From Promethearchaeota archaeon (lineage in GTDB: Archaea > Asgardarchaeota > Hermodarchaeia > Hermodarchaeales > Hermodarchaeaceae), in assembly GCA_048939625.1 (NCBI GenBank), contig JBHLPH010000016.1, positions 1 to 47,001 of the forward strand: DNA of 47,001 nt. The letters run 5' to 3'. Shown here one piece after another: positions 15,671 to 24,272 of this stretch. The stretch's first letter is position 1. Each line of letters starts with the position of its first letter. The notes under the pieces are model-generated. The model saw nothing but the letters and a program-made list of their open reading frames with translations, ran no database searches and was not told the DNA's origin. Both the position numbers and the translations under genes were made by a program.

Positions 15671-18600
15671 CTAGCCGAAGAAGGTGTCCAGTCTACGCAT
15701 TCCTATAGTATCCAGCCACTCAACACCTAGCGCGTCCAGAACTTGTTCGAAGGTACTCTTTACCAAGTCCTTGTATTTGGTTACATCGATATCCTGAGGA
15801 GAAGCTTGCTCCACGGGTTTCACACCACCGGTGGTTTTCACAAAAGATATGATGTCACCTGCCGTCACCTCTTTACCTGAATCTTGAAGTTGCCGGGCTG
15901 CCTTCACATGCTGGGGGGTCGTTTTCGTGTATGCATCGAGGCTTTTCGTTAATTGGACACGAATCGCCAAATCCTCTACATCAAATTCCCGTCGCTCAAG
16001 CATGGTCAGCTTTTCACGGGCTAGGCGCAGGATCCGGTCCTTCGCTGAAGTAAATCCATCCGGATCTCGGACTTGGCTTAGAATGTCAATCATTTCCATG
16101 AACGCCTCTTGAAGAAAGAGTGGCGTATTCCGTTTCTTGCCTGTCAACCCCTTAATATCCACTTGCCCATCCTTCGAGACACCAAGATAATTCTTCTTTC
16201 GGCTTGACAAGGCCACATACCGGTATTCCTTCTCAACATCTAATTCCACACGGAGTTCCTGTTCACTATATTCAATTAGCTTCCTTAGCTGCTCTTGGGA
16301 TGGATGGTCTAAGAACAAGCTATCAGTATCACCATACAGAACCGTTACCCCAAGCTCCTCAGCCTTTTCGATTGTCTGCGTAATCGCATACCTTCCCAAA
16401 GCCGTGACACTATTACCTGACCAGCAAGCTTTCCCATTTCGTCTGATATAAACTAGATGATTTTTTACATCGACGCAGTAGACCATCCCATTATAATCGA
16501 TCCAAGATCGATGATCTACCCCCTTATTCTGCATTGGTTCTAGCATTTGGTATGAAATGTAAATATTATTGAAGTTTTCAGAATTAGTAATTGTCGAGGC
16601 ATATCCCATTTTTAATATGAGTTCTTGAAAATTATCAGCCAAGGCTTTTGAAGCAGTTCCATAGGATCTCCCACTCCAACCATCTCCGAGCATCATAGAT
16701 TTGAATAGAATACGCAATTGTCGTGGAGACAGGTTTAACAAATTTCTTGGAATAAACTTATCATAACTCTTATGAAATTGTTCAAGATACGAATATAGTT
16801 GCTTATTGTGGACTGTCAGATTTTTTTCATATTCCTTAAAGTCAAATGGCAACTTTGCCAACCATTTCTTGATTTTCGCTCGTTTATCAACATTGGATTG
16901 CGTGACTATAACTTTGTATTCTCGTGAATTACCTCCAGTAGCACAGCCCTCAGCTAGCCAGATGCCAAAGAATCTTAACCAATCATCCATCGAAATTCTG
17001 ATTTGCTTTTCTACAATTTCCTCGAATTGATGTTCAGCTTTAACAATTCGTCCCTTTCTATCTCGCTTTTTAATTTTGGTTCCGACAAGTTTCTTTTTCT
17101 TAACTGGAGGAAGAATAAACCACTCTTGCTCTTTGCCTGTCCATTCAGCATTTCTTTTGTATTTCACATATCTTGGCATATCTAAAGGAGTTCTAAAGCC
17201 CCATCTGATAACCTGTTTGTAATTATTTTTTCCCCGCCAACCAACATACATTCTATGGTTAGGTGTTACCAACAAATCGATGTTACTACTAACCTGAGAA
17301 AACATTGGCCCCGAGTAGTATTCTGCAATATACTTTTGCGGTTGCTCATATACTAACTCACTACATTTTCCTAGTGTGGCAACTTTTTCATTTGAAAGCA
17401 AGTCCTTAAACAATTTCCATCCATTTTCTGTTAAAATCTCAGTATCATCCGAATAACATTCAGCTGCAGGGGCACAATACAAGGGAAAGTGACTGGCGCC
17501 TAGCACCCCATACTGGGCATTCAAAAATACTTTGAGCGCTTGCTCGACTACGCTGAACCAGCTTCTTTGTTCAGTGGGGAGTGTTTTGTCCTTTGCTCTT
17601 AATTTGAAGTGCTCAACACGAACGTCCCGTATAAGTCCAATGATAAGACTTGTAATTCCTTGCCTGCGGGTGCAAACCCAATGGGGTGTGCCGGGAACGA
17701 GGTTGTCTTTGCATTCAGGGTGATCGCACCGGACGGTTTCATAACTTAGATTGTAGGCTTTCATGATACTAGGATACAGGCTTGCAAAATCAACAACGGT
17801 GACGTTGAAGTGAACCCCTTCTTTGGGTTCGACGACGATAGCGCCCATGTATTTTTTACCTTTGATGATGGCTTCGGTGACCGCTTCGCCTTTAAAGGCG
17901 GCGATTTCGTCTTGGCGGGGGATGAGGTAGTTGCGCTGGCGGTGAGCATAGTAGAGGAGGCTGCGGATCCAGTTGGATACTGCGGTACGTGTTAGGTCAT
18001 GCATTCCCTGACGGGAAATCCGCATTAAAAGTAGAATCAGGCCCATCACGAGGTCGTTATCAAATTGAGTTAGACGGAGTGTAAGGCTGGCATCCTGCCA
18101 GTTATACTGCGCCAAAAGATCTGTAGGAATTTTGTTGATTTGATCAGGAAGTTCCAATTTGCCTTCTCCTAAAAGGGCTTGGCTAATAGTCTCGAGACGA
18201 ACCTCGCTGTATCGATTTCGAAATGCGTAAATCTGGATGGAGCGATTATGGAAGAACCGGTATAGGTCTATGTGTACACCATATTCTAGTTCAGCTTCAG
18301 GATTACCTCTAAAACCGCCTCGCAAGCGGATGGGATTGTCAGCCGGTGGGATACCAAGTTTTTTCGCTCGATTCACGAGATATTGGAGGTCGAAGTTGTC
18401 GCCATTGAAGGTTAACAAGATAGGGGTTCGCCAAAGGATGCGAAATACATTTTCAACAAGTTCTTTTTCGTCATCAAAAAATTTAGTAGTAACCGTATCG
18501 GGAAGGTTGTCCTGAGTGACATCTCCCTTGCCACGTCGAAGCATTAGGAGTTTGCCCATTCCACTGTCATCTGCAAAAGCAACTGAGATAATAGGTTGGG

Positions 18601-19387
18601 GGGCTTGATCGGGATCTGGAATACGGTCAATGAATTCTGATTCGACCTCAATATCGATTGCTAATCGTGGTAGGGAGGTAGCAGGTGTTAGGAAGAGGGG
18701 GAGATACTCCTCAATCAGTTTGGAGAGTTCTTTATCATCTTTGAATAGTCCACGTATTTTTGATGCATCTTCAGGAGAAAATTTCTGGGGTACAGGAACG
18801 AGCTTGGTGTCTTGAACACGATACATAAGCCCGGGTGTGAGCGCACGATCCATTGTGTAACATTGGGTGTAACGGATGTCTGCTTCCCAAGCATGATCGC
18901 GTCCTAATTTTTCACGAATCGAGTCAGGACGGCCACCAATAGCCAAGGGGTCTCGTGCAACAATGATAGTGTATTCTTGTTCTTGGTCTCGAAGCAAGTT
19001 GTATTTAGAAATCGTCTCCAGTTTTAGAAAGCCTGGGTGGCTAATTACATCGTTTTGTTGGGAAAGATCATTGCGAGAAAAATCGGTAAGACAGTAAGGA
19101 TGGTGTTGCGTGTTGTCAAGCCATTCATAAATTTGAGCTCTGCTAGCATCATAAATTTTGACTTTAGCGACACCGACATCACCTTGATAATCGATATTGA
19201 TCAAGACTCCTGGAGGACCCGATTCAGGAGTCTTGGGAAAATCAGATGGGCGAATTGGCTGATTTTCAAGCTGTGTAAGAATGTGCTTTAAGAGAGAGAA
19301 CCTCTTGCTTTTTGATGATGGTGGAGTTTCCTTGGATTCGGTTTTTGATTCAGATGTGTCCATCCAAGACGATAGATTCGAAGGCAC
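15671..19387 (-). CDS. polB1: DNA polymerase B1 (crenarchaeal/Asgard type), intein-containing
   Basis: DIEV...RIPD exo I, FNGDNFD, KY.GA.V, DFASLYPSI, KVFLNA.YG, YGDTDS, KKNY.G. Removing the intein leaves 889 aa, typical of PolB1. Confidence 0.93.
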   Translation of the reverse strand: MPSNLSSWMDTSESKTESKETPPSSKSKRFSLLKHILTQLENQPIRPSDFPKTPESGPPGVLINIDYQGDVGVAKVKIYDASRAQIYEWLDNTQHHPYCLTDFSRNDLSQQNDVISHPGFLKLETISKYNLLRDQEQEYTIIVARDPLAIGGRPDSIREKLGRDHAWEADIRYTQCYTMDRALTPGLMYRVQDTKLVPVPQKFSPEDASKIRGLFKDDKELSKLIEEYLPLFLTPATSLPRLAIDIEVESEFIDRIPDPDQAPQPIISVAFADDSGMGKLLMLRRGKGDVTQDNLPDTVTTKFFDDEKELVENVFRILWRTPILLTFNGDNFDLQYLVNRAKKLGIPPADNPIRLRGGFRGNPEAELEYGVHIDLYRFFHNRSIQIYAFRNRYSEVRLETISQALLGEGKLELPDQINKIPTDLLAQYNWQDASLTLRLTQFDNDLVMGLILLLMRISRQGMHDLTRTAVSNWIRSLLYYAHRQRNYLIPRQDEIAAFKGEAVTEAIIKGKKYMGAIVVEPKEGVHFNVTVVDFASLYPSIMKAYNLSYETVRCDHPECKDNLVPGTPHWVCTRRQGITSLIIGLIRDVRVEHFKLRAKDKTLPTEQRSWFSVVEQALKVFLNAQYGVLGASHFPLYCAPAAECYSDDTEILTENGWKLFKDLLSNEKVATLGKCSELVYEQPQKYIAEYYSGPMFSQVSSNIDLLVTPNHRMYVGWRGKNNYKQVIRWGFRTPLDMPRYVKYKRNAEWTGKEQEWFILPPVKKKKLVGTKIKKRDRKGRIVKAEHQFEEIVEKQIRISMDDWLRFFGIWLAEGCATGGNSREYKVIVTQSNVDKRAKIKKWLAKLPFDFKEYEKNLTVHNKQLYSYLEQFHKSYDKFIPRNLLNLSPRQLRILFKSMMLGDGWSGRSYGTASKALADNFQELILKMGYASTITNSENFNNIYISYQMLEPMQNKGVDHRSWIDYNGMVYCVDVKNHLVYIRRNGKACWSGNSVTALGRYAITQTIEKAEELGVTVLYGDTDSLFLDHPSQEQLRKLIEYSEQELRVELDVEKEYRYVALSSRKKNYLGVSKDGQVDIKGLTGKKRNTPLFLQEAFMEMIDILSQVRDPDGFTSAKDRILRLAREKLTMLERREFDVEDLAIRVQLTKSLDAYTKTTPQHVKAARQLQDSGKEVTAGDIISFVKTTGGVKPVEQASPQDIDVTKYKDLVKSTFEQVLDALGVEWLDTIGMRRLDTFFG
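16412..17458 (-). mobile_element. Intein with LAGLIDADG homing endonuclease in PolB1 (349 aa)
   Basis: Starts CYSDDTEILTENGW, block B VTPNH, LAGLIDADG-like FFGIWLAEG and FKSMMLGDG, ends VYCVDV.NH...RRNGK..WSGN followed by +1 Ser. Flanks rejoin as PAAE|SVTALGR. Visibly more AT-rich than the host gene. Confidence 0.93.
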
Positions 19388-19475
19388 GCAGTATCGCTTC
19401 CGCCTCGAATAAGAACCATCTCACTTTTTAGCCTTTAGCCCTTTGATAGAATATACTGTTCAGAGGAGAATTATT

Positions 19476-19922
19476 ATGCCATCTTGTTCTCTACCATTAA
19501 AAGAACTCATCGTCGCTCGCTTTAATGCCGGCGAGGATCTTTTAGCAGCTATCAAAGAGGTTGTTATTGAACATCAGGTTTCGGCAGGAATGCTAACGGT
19601 AATTGGAGCCGTTGATCGAGCACATTATGGGTTTTATCATCCCCACAAGAAAGTGTATACGAATCTCAAATGGGCCCCCACAACAGAAACATCTCCTGCT
19701 CTCGAAATTGCTAGCTGCGTTGGAAATATCGCTCTCTTGAACGATGAGGTGGTCATTCATGCCCATATTACTTTCACAGGTGAAAAAGGTGAAATCATGG
19801 GCGGACATTTGCTTGAAGGATGCCGTGTTAACCCAACTGCGGAATTAACCCTTTTGAAGGCAGATGGTGTATTGCGTAGGAGGCGAAATGAGGAGCTAAA
19901 TTTGGCTCTTCTTTCGATTTAA
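19476..19922 (+). CDS. PPC/DUF296 domain protein
   Basis: RF..GEDL, IGAV, LEIASCVGNI, HAH, GGHL..G, TAE; start set to ATG 19476. Confidence 0.9.
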   Translation: MPSCSLPLKELIVARFNAGEDLLAAIKEVVIEHQVSAGMLTVIGAVDRAHYGFYHPHKKVYTNLKWAPTTETSPALEIASCVGNIALLNDEVVIHAHITFTGEKGEIMGGHLLEGCRVNPTAELTLLKADGVLRRRRNEELNLALLSI

Positions 19923-20008
19923 TAACCGTTCTGATGTCTTGAGGCGTTGCCACGAAAGACATTAAATCATCATAAGAGTATCTAATTTGAGCGAGGTGTG
20001 ATGGAACC

Positions 20009-21754
20009 TTGGCTTCGGCACAGCCTCCAGCAGGGTTAACTATCTCCATTAAGGAACACGAACATACACGATTGACGGCAGATAACACCATTTCCCGATT
20101 TGATCCACGTGGTCAAGTGTTAATCAAGAATAATTCTCGAAAGTATGCCGTATGGGATGCAGAATTAGAGCTAAACCGACAAAATCGAACCACTTTAGGA
20201 ACTGATACCTTGGATATCGGTCGTTTGGATCCGATGACAGAGTGGGAAAAAGATTTCATCGTAAAAGAAATCGAGTCTCCTATGCTTTTACTCTCTGAAG
20301 CTCTTGATACATATTATGAACGCGTCGGCGTAAACAACGCCTTGGTTTTCGAGTATAAGATGCCTATAGAGATCAGTCTCAACCTTCGAAATCACTCAGG
20401 CGCAAGAATCCATGATATTATTGTTACAAAAGAAATCCCACCAATTTATGATGACATTGCGATTCAGAAAGCTCAGGTTGGTTCTGTAGAGTATGATTCT
20501 AAAGCCGGTCAAATTATTTGGAAAATTGCAGAACTACCTTCCGAACAAGTTGCTGTACAACGAATCCGTGCAACTATAACTGCTGAAGACACGGAGCCGA
20601 AGCCTGGTGGTAAAGTGCAAGCTTCGTATCGAATAACTGATGTAGTACGTAGTACACTTGTCCCAACGCTTCATGCATCAACGGAAACTGAGATCGGTGT
20701 TGAAAAGGAAGAGAATCCAATGCGGGTTGGGTTCTGGCGATGTAAAGCGTCTCTCCGGAATGCATCAGAGTTTCCACTTCGTCTTGAACGTGTGCAGGTT
20801 GTCCTGACAGCACCTGAAAATGAGGTCCTGTATGAAGGAAATCCGAATCTTCGGTTAGAACCAGGTGAAGTTTGGGGTCATGAATTGGAAGTGAGTGGAG
20901 AGCAGCCAGAATTTGATGTAATTGCCCTCTCGACTGTGGAAGCGCCAATTATTCGTGAAATTGTAGGAACAATTGAAAAAACTGAAACGGTGTTGCCCGT
21001 ACTTCGCGTTGAAGGTAATAAGCGTGTGGAACCCCTGGAATTACTTGCTTGGGAACCTGCTCCTGTGTCTGTCACTTTGCAGGCAAAGAATACGGGTTCA
21101 ATCGAGTGTGACGAAGTCACATTCATTGAAACACTTCCAGCAGGATTTGAACCTCCTGAAACCACGCAAATTCGTGTTCGGTTAGGTGATAAGCCGATTA
21201 CTCGAAGTCTGAAAGTAGATGTTCGACCAAAGGACCGAGATTTGAATCTCCCGCATACCCTGAGTATTCAACTTCAAGATCTGACTGAAAACCACTCTCC
21301 AATAACCCCGGGAGATACCTTGACAGCCAATTACATCAGCATTGCACGAGCGCCAAAACCCAATCATGAACATCCGCTTCCAGTGAAAATTGAAGCCAAC
21401 ACCTTTCCTCCCGGTCCAAAAGCCACTGCCGAAATCTCTGAGACAATGGCCCCAGTCATCAAAATTCGTTCAGTGGTGCGAAAGCTTCGAAAGACTCGAA
21501 CTGTGGCACCCACCTCCGAAGTGGGGGAACTGCTTGTTACGGTTACTTTTGTTAATGAGGGGGAAACTAGCCTCCATGATCCCGAGTTACAGGATCTAAT
21601 TCCTCCGAATTTTGAATTCGTTGGTGTGCCACAAGGAACACCAGAACCAACTGCCCGTGAAACAATGAATGGCACAGTTGTCACTTGGGTTTTGCCTACG
21701 ATGATGAGCCGAGAAAGCTTTGTTGGTAAGTACAAGTATAAGCCAAAGGATTAG
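20009..21754 (+). CDS. Cytosolic multi-beta-sandwich protein (mu-homology-like N-terminal half, DUF11/Ig-like C-terminal domains)
   Basis: Repeated Ig-type motifs (..N.G.......D.IP..F, W...L); no signal peptide or TM; TTG start after GAGGTG. Confidence 0.7.
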   Translation: MASAQPPAGLTISIKEHEHTRLTADNTISRFDPRGQVLIKNNSRKYAVWDAELELNRQNRTTLGTDTLDIGRLDPMTEWEKDFIVKEIESPMLLLSEALDTYYERVGVNNALVFEYKMPIEISLNLRNHSGARIHDIIVTKEIPPIYDDIAIQKAQVGSVEYDSKAGQIIWKIAELPSEQVAVQRIRATITAEDTEPKPGGKVQASYRITDVVRSTLVPTLHASTETEIGVEKEENPMRVGFWRCKASLRNASEFPLRLERVQVVLTAPENEVLYEGNPNLRLEPGEVWGHELEVSGEQPEFDVIALSTVEAPIIREIVGTIEKTETVLPVLRVEGNKRVEPLELLAWEPAPVSVTLQAKNTGSIECDEVTFIETLPAGFEPPETTQIRVRLGDKPITRSLKVDVRPKDRDLNLPHTLSIQLQDLTENHSPITPGDTLTANYISIARAPKPNHEHPLPVKIEANTFPPGPKATAEISETMAPVIKIRSVVRKLRKTRTVAPTSEVGELLVTVTFVNEGETSLHDPELQDLIPPNFEFVGVPQGTPEPTARETMNGTVVTWVLPTMMSRESFVGKYKYKPKD

Positions 21755-21756
21755 GA

Positions 21757-22803
21757 TCAATAATACCAGGTTTCAAGTTTTGGTTCTAATAAATCCCGTT
21801 GTTTGTCGTCTTTTGATGCAGGGCATACTGAACTGAGAGGACAGGTTTCCTGACACGGGACGCTGAGGAGGTGTGCAACTTCAAAACACTTCTTTGTACA
21901 ACCTGTAACACAAATTGGATCTGATGCTAGGCAACACTGTCGTCCAAAATGCCAAAAGAAATCATCAAGCTCTAGTACGGATCGGGATGCGACTTCTCCA
22001 ACCTTTGAGTAAGCAACTGCAATCATCTTTCGAAGTTCCACATCCGTTTCCAAGTTCAAGGGTCTTTGTTGACGTAGGTGTGTGGCGAATTGTGGTGCGA
22101 TATTCACGATGCCAGTGCGAAGAGCTATCCGTGTAAGATGGTTATCAACTGGAATGCGAACTTGATCACCATCAGTTATTGACCAGAGATTACGGCGTAG
22201 GATGAACTTCAAGAACAGGTAGCCTTTCTTTTTTGCAGGGTCTTCATAGGCTTTGAATTGTGAAAGCAGTTCCATAAGTCCTGAACGGTGCATTCGAGTA
22301 TCTGAGGTTACGCGATGATTTGCGGCTTCGAGTAAATTCAGGACAGAGCCCTGATAATGCATTACCAGATTAGATCCACTATTCCGTAGTAAAGCAGCTC
22401 TTTCTTGGGGATTTCGTATTGTCACTTGGATTGGCTCGTGGACAGTATACCAATCTATAACTGTCTCTGTGCTAATTTCAGCCATTACTGAAGGATCGAA
22501 AAGATGAGGATCGGCCTTAAATTTGCGTAGACTCAAATGCCAAAGGAGATCGGCACCTTGGAAATATTCTCCATCCACAATTCCTTCAAAACTTTGGTTT
22601 GGTGGGCTCGTTCGGTGATCAATACCTGTTACAAAGAAAAAGAATCGAACAATCCCTTCGGGTTGATAATCGGTGGATGGAAAAAGTTGGGGATCTAAGA
22701 ATTGCTCAGCTTTTGGCTGGAGTTCAACAAGAAGCTGTCCAAGTTTTTCACTCTGGACATCTGAAACGGTCACTGAATAATCCACAGAAATTAACACACC
22801 CAC
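21757..22803 (-). CDS. Queuosine-salvage (DUF2419/QNG1)-like, HhH-glycosylase-superfamily protein with C-terminal Cys cluster
   Basis: G.YF.G.D.LW, ERA.LL...G..L...Y.G, KK..L, IPVD.H..RI.LR.G, LDDFFW..GR, Cys-rich tail, terminal TWYY. Confidence 0.65.
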   Translation of the reverse strand: MGVLISVDYSVTVSDVQSEKLGQLLVELQPKAEQFLDPQLFPSTDYQPEGIVRFFFFVTGIDHRTSPPNQSFEGIVDGEYFQGADLLWHLSLRKFKADPHLFDPSVMAEISTETVIDWYTVHEPIQVTIRNPQERAALLRNSGSNLVMHYQGSVLNLLEAANHRVTSDTRMHRSGLMELLSQFKAYEDPAKKKGYLFLKFILRRNLWSITDGDQVRIPVDNHLTRIALRTGIVNIAPQFATHLRQQRPLNLETDVELRKMIAVAYSKVGEVASRSVLELDDFFWHFGRQCCLASDPICVTGCTKKCFEVAHLLSVPCQETCPLSSVCPASKDDKQRDLLEPKLETWYY

Positions 22804-22857
22804 CTCCCTCCAAATAGGAAGGAATAAAAGTCTTTGTCAGAAGAAAATCTATGACGA

Positions 22858-23406
22858 GTGATGTCTGATTTCAAAGAAGCTCAAATAGATGATGTATTTC
22901 GGCAAATGACTGAGGTCCTTGAAAGGACACTGAACCGTATCAGTGAAGTCGAGCAACATATCTCAAAGGACCTTGAAAGTATTCGGCGTCAACTAGATGC
23001 TGTTGGAGTCCTAAAAGACAATATTGCGAATCTCAATAATCGAATTGATTCGTTAAGTAAGAAGTTGACGGAACTAAGCAAATCGGAACCCCAGGAACTC
23101 AACCGTTTGATGATGCGGTCCATCGCAGAATTAGATAAACGCATGCAAATGTTTACTATCACAGAAGTTTTATCACGGCTTGAAACAGGACAGGCATTTG
23201 CACCACGAAGTATGACCGCTGCACGGGCTCCCAAAACAACCTTCGAACCCGAACCTAAGGCGTCAAAAGATGCCAAAGCACCTGAACCAGCTCCAGAAGC
23301 TAAAGCCGAAGTTGATGCAGTAGCAGAATCCACTGGTTCTGGTGAGCCATGGAAAGAGCGAATGCGTGAGAAATATGGTTTGAAAAAGAAACCGGGAAAG
23401 GTTTAA
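22858..23406 (+). CDS. Coiled-coil protein with Pro/Ala/Glu linker and C-terminal Trp-containing basic helix
   Basis: Heptad repeats over aa 1-110, linker EPEPKA..APEPAPEAK, tail GEPWKERMREKYGL. Start is GTG 22858 or ATG 22861. Confidence 0.8.
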   Translation: MMSDFKEAQIDDVFRQMTEVLERTLNRISEVEQHISKDLESIRRQLDAVGVLKDNIANLNNRIDSLSKKLTELSKSEPQELNRLMMRSIAELDKRMQMFTITEVLSRLETGQAFAPRSMTAARAPKTTFEPEPKASKDAKAPEPAPEAKAEVDAVAESTGSGEPWKERMREKYGLKKKPGKV

Positions 23407-23407
23407 C

Positions 23408-23860
23408 TCACTTCTTCTTTTGGATTTCAATGTAGCGCCGTATCATTCGTTCCATTCGGAGGCAGTATAGGGCATCTTGAGCAGCTTGGAGAGTTTCTGA
23501 AATTAATTCTTGAACTTGAGCATCTGCAGAGGATGACCGAAGATCTCCTAAGGATTCAAACCCTTGGGCAATGGTTGCGGCTAGCTGAGAATAATGGGTT
23601 ACGCTGCTACGTCGTTGTTCACGAAGATTAGAAAGCAGTTCCTGAAATTGGGGTTCGATAGTGTCTAATCGAGCTTTGACCAGTTGGTCGATTTGGTTGA
23701 TTGTATCCTTGAGTGTTGATACTTCTTGAGTTAGTCCAGAAATTCTCGTGAAGAGGTTGTTAAAGGCTTGTGTTACAAAGGGGATTAACGATTCATCACC
23801 AGTAGCAGCTGGCTGTTCTGGTGGCGGTGGGGTTGGTGGAGAGGGGGGTTTATCAGCCAT
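23408..23860 (-). CDS. Coiled-coil protein with N-terminal polyproline tract
   Basis: MADKPPSPPTPPPP followed by heptad helices; GGAGG SD upstream. Confidence 0.82.
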   Translation of the reverse strand: MADKPPSPPTPPPPEQPAATGDESLIPFVTQAFNNLFTRISGLTQEVSTLKDTINQIDQLVKARLDTIEPQFQELLSNLREQRRSSVTHYSQLAATIAQGFESLGDLRSSSADAQVQELISETLQAAQDALYCLRMERMIRRYIEIQKKK

Positions 23861-23874
23861 GTTTGTTTGCCTCC

Positions 23875-24264
23875 TTATTTGCCTCCTTTCTTGGCAGATT
23901 CGAACTCCTTTACTGTTTTCAGAATTTCATCTAGATCAATTCGATTCGTGAGTTCGTCCACAATTTCAATGATAACGCGAATCGCTTCTTCGATATCTTT
24001 TAGGTTGCTGAGTTCTTTGGCCCGGTCAACTTCGGCAATAAGCTGTGTTTCTACTAGTTGACGTTGTTCGCGGAATGTGGACACGTCCCGATGGATTTCT
24101 TGAGCAGCTAGATTCGCTTGCTTTGCAGTCTGTTCCATCTGTGCGGAAAGATCCTGACCGAGTTGTTCCATTGCTGACTGTGTTGCTTTGAGTTGTTCGC
24201 CGAGGTCTTCAAGGCCTTTTTCGATTTTTGCTATGGCGTCTTTAACCATCGCTGCATCTGACAT
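23875..24264 (-). CDS. Coiled-coil protein directly downstream of the actin-like gene
   Basis: ATG 24264 with a GGAG SD, 8 nt after the actin-like stop; continuous heptads. Confidence 0.82.
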   Translation of the reverse strand: MSDAAMVKDAIAKIEKGLEDLGEQLKATQSAMEQLGQDLSAQMEQTAKQANLAAQEIHRDVSTFREQRQLVETQLIAEVDRAKELSNLKDIEEAIRVIIEIVDELTNRIDLDEILKTVKEFESAKKGGK

Positions 24265-24272
24265 GAGTTCTC

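Noticed and set aside
19923-19975. C/D box sRNA (ATGATGA on the minus strand) or hairpin ATGTCTT/AAGACAT
   Set aside because: No matching D box on the same strand; the region is better explained as the promoter of the 20009 gene.
23865-23888. Tandem AAGGAGGCAAA duplication at a gene junction
   Set aside because: Only two 11-nt copies, one encoding KGGK and one serving as the SD; probably a local slippage event.
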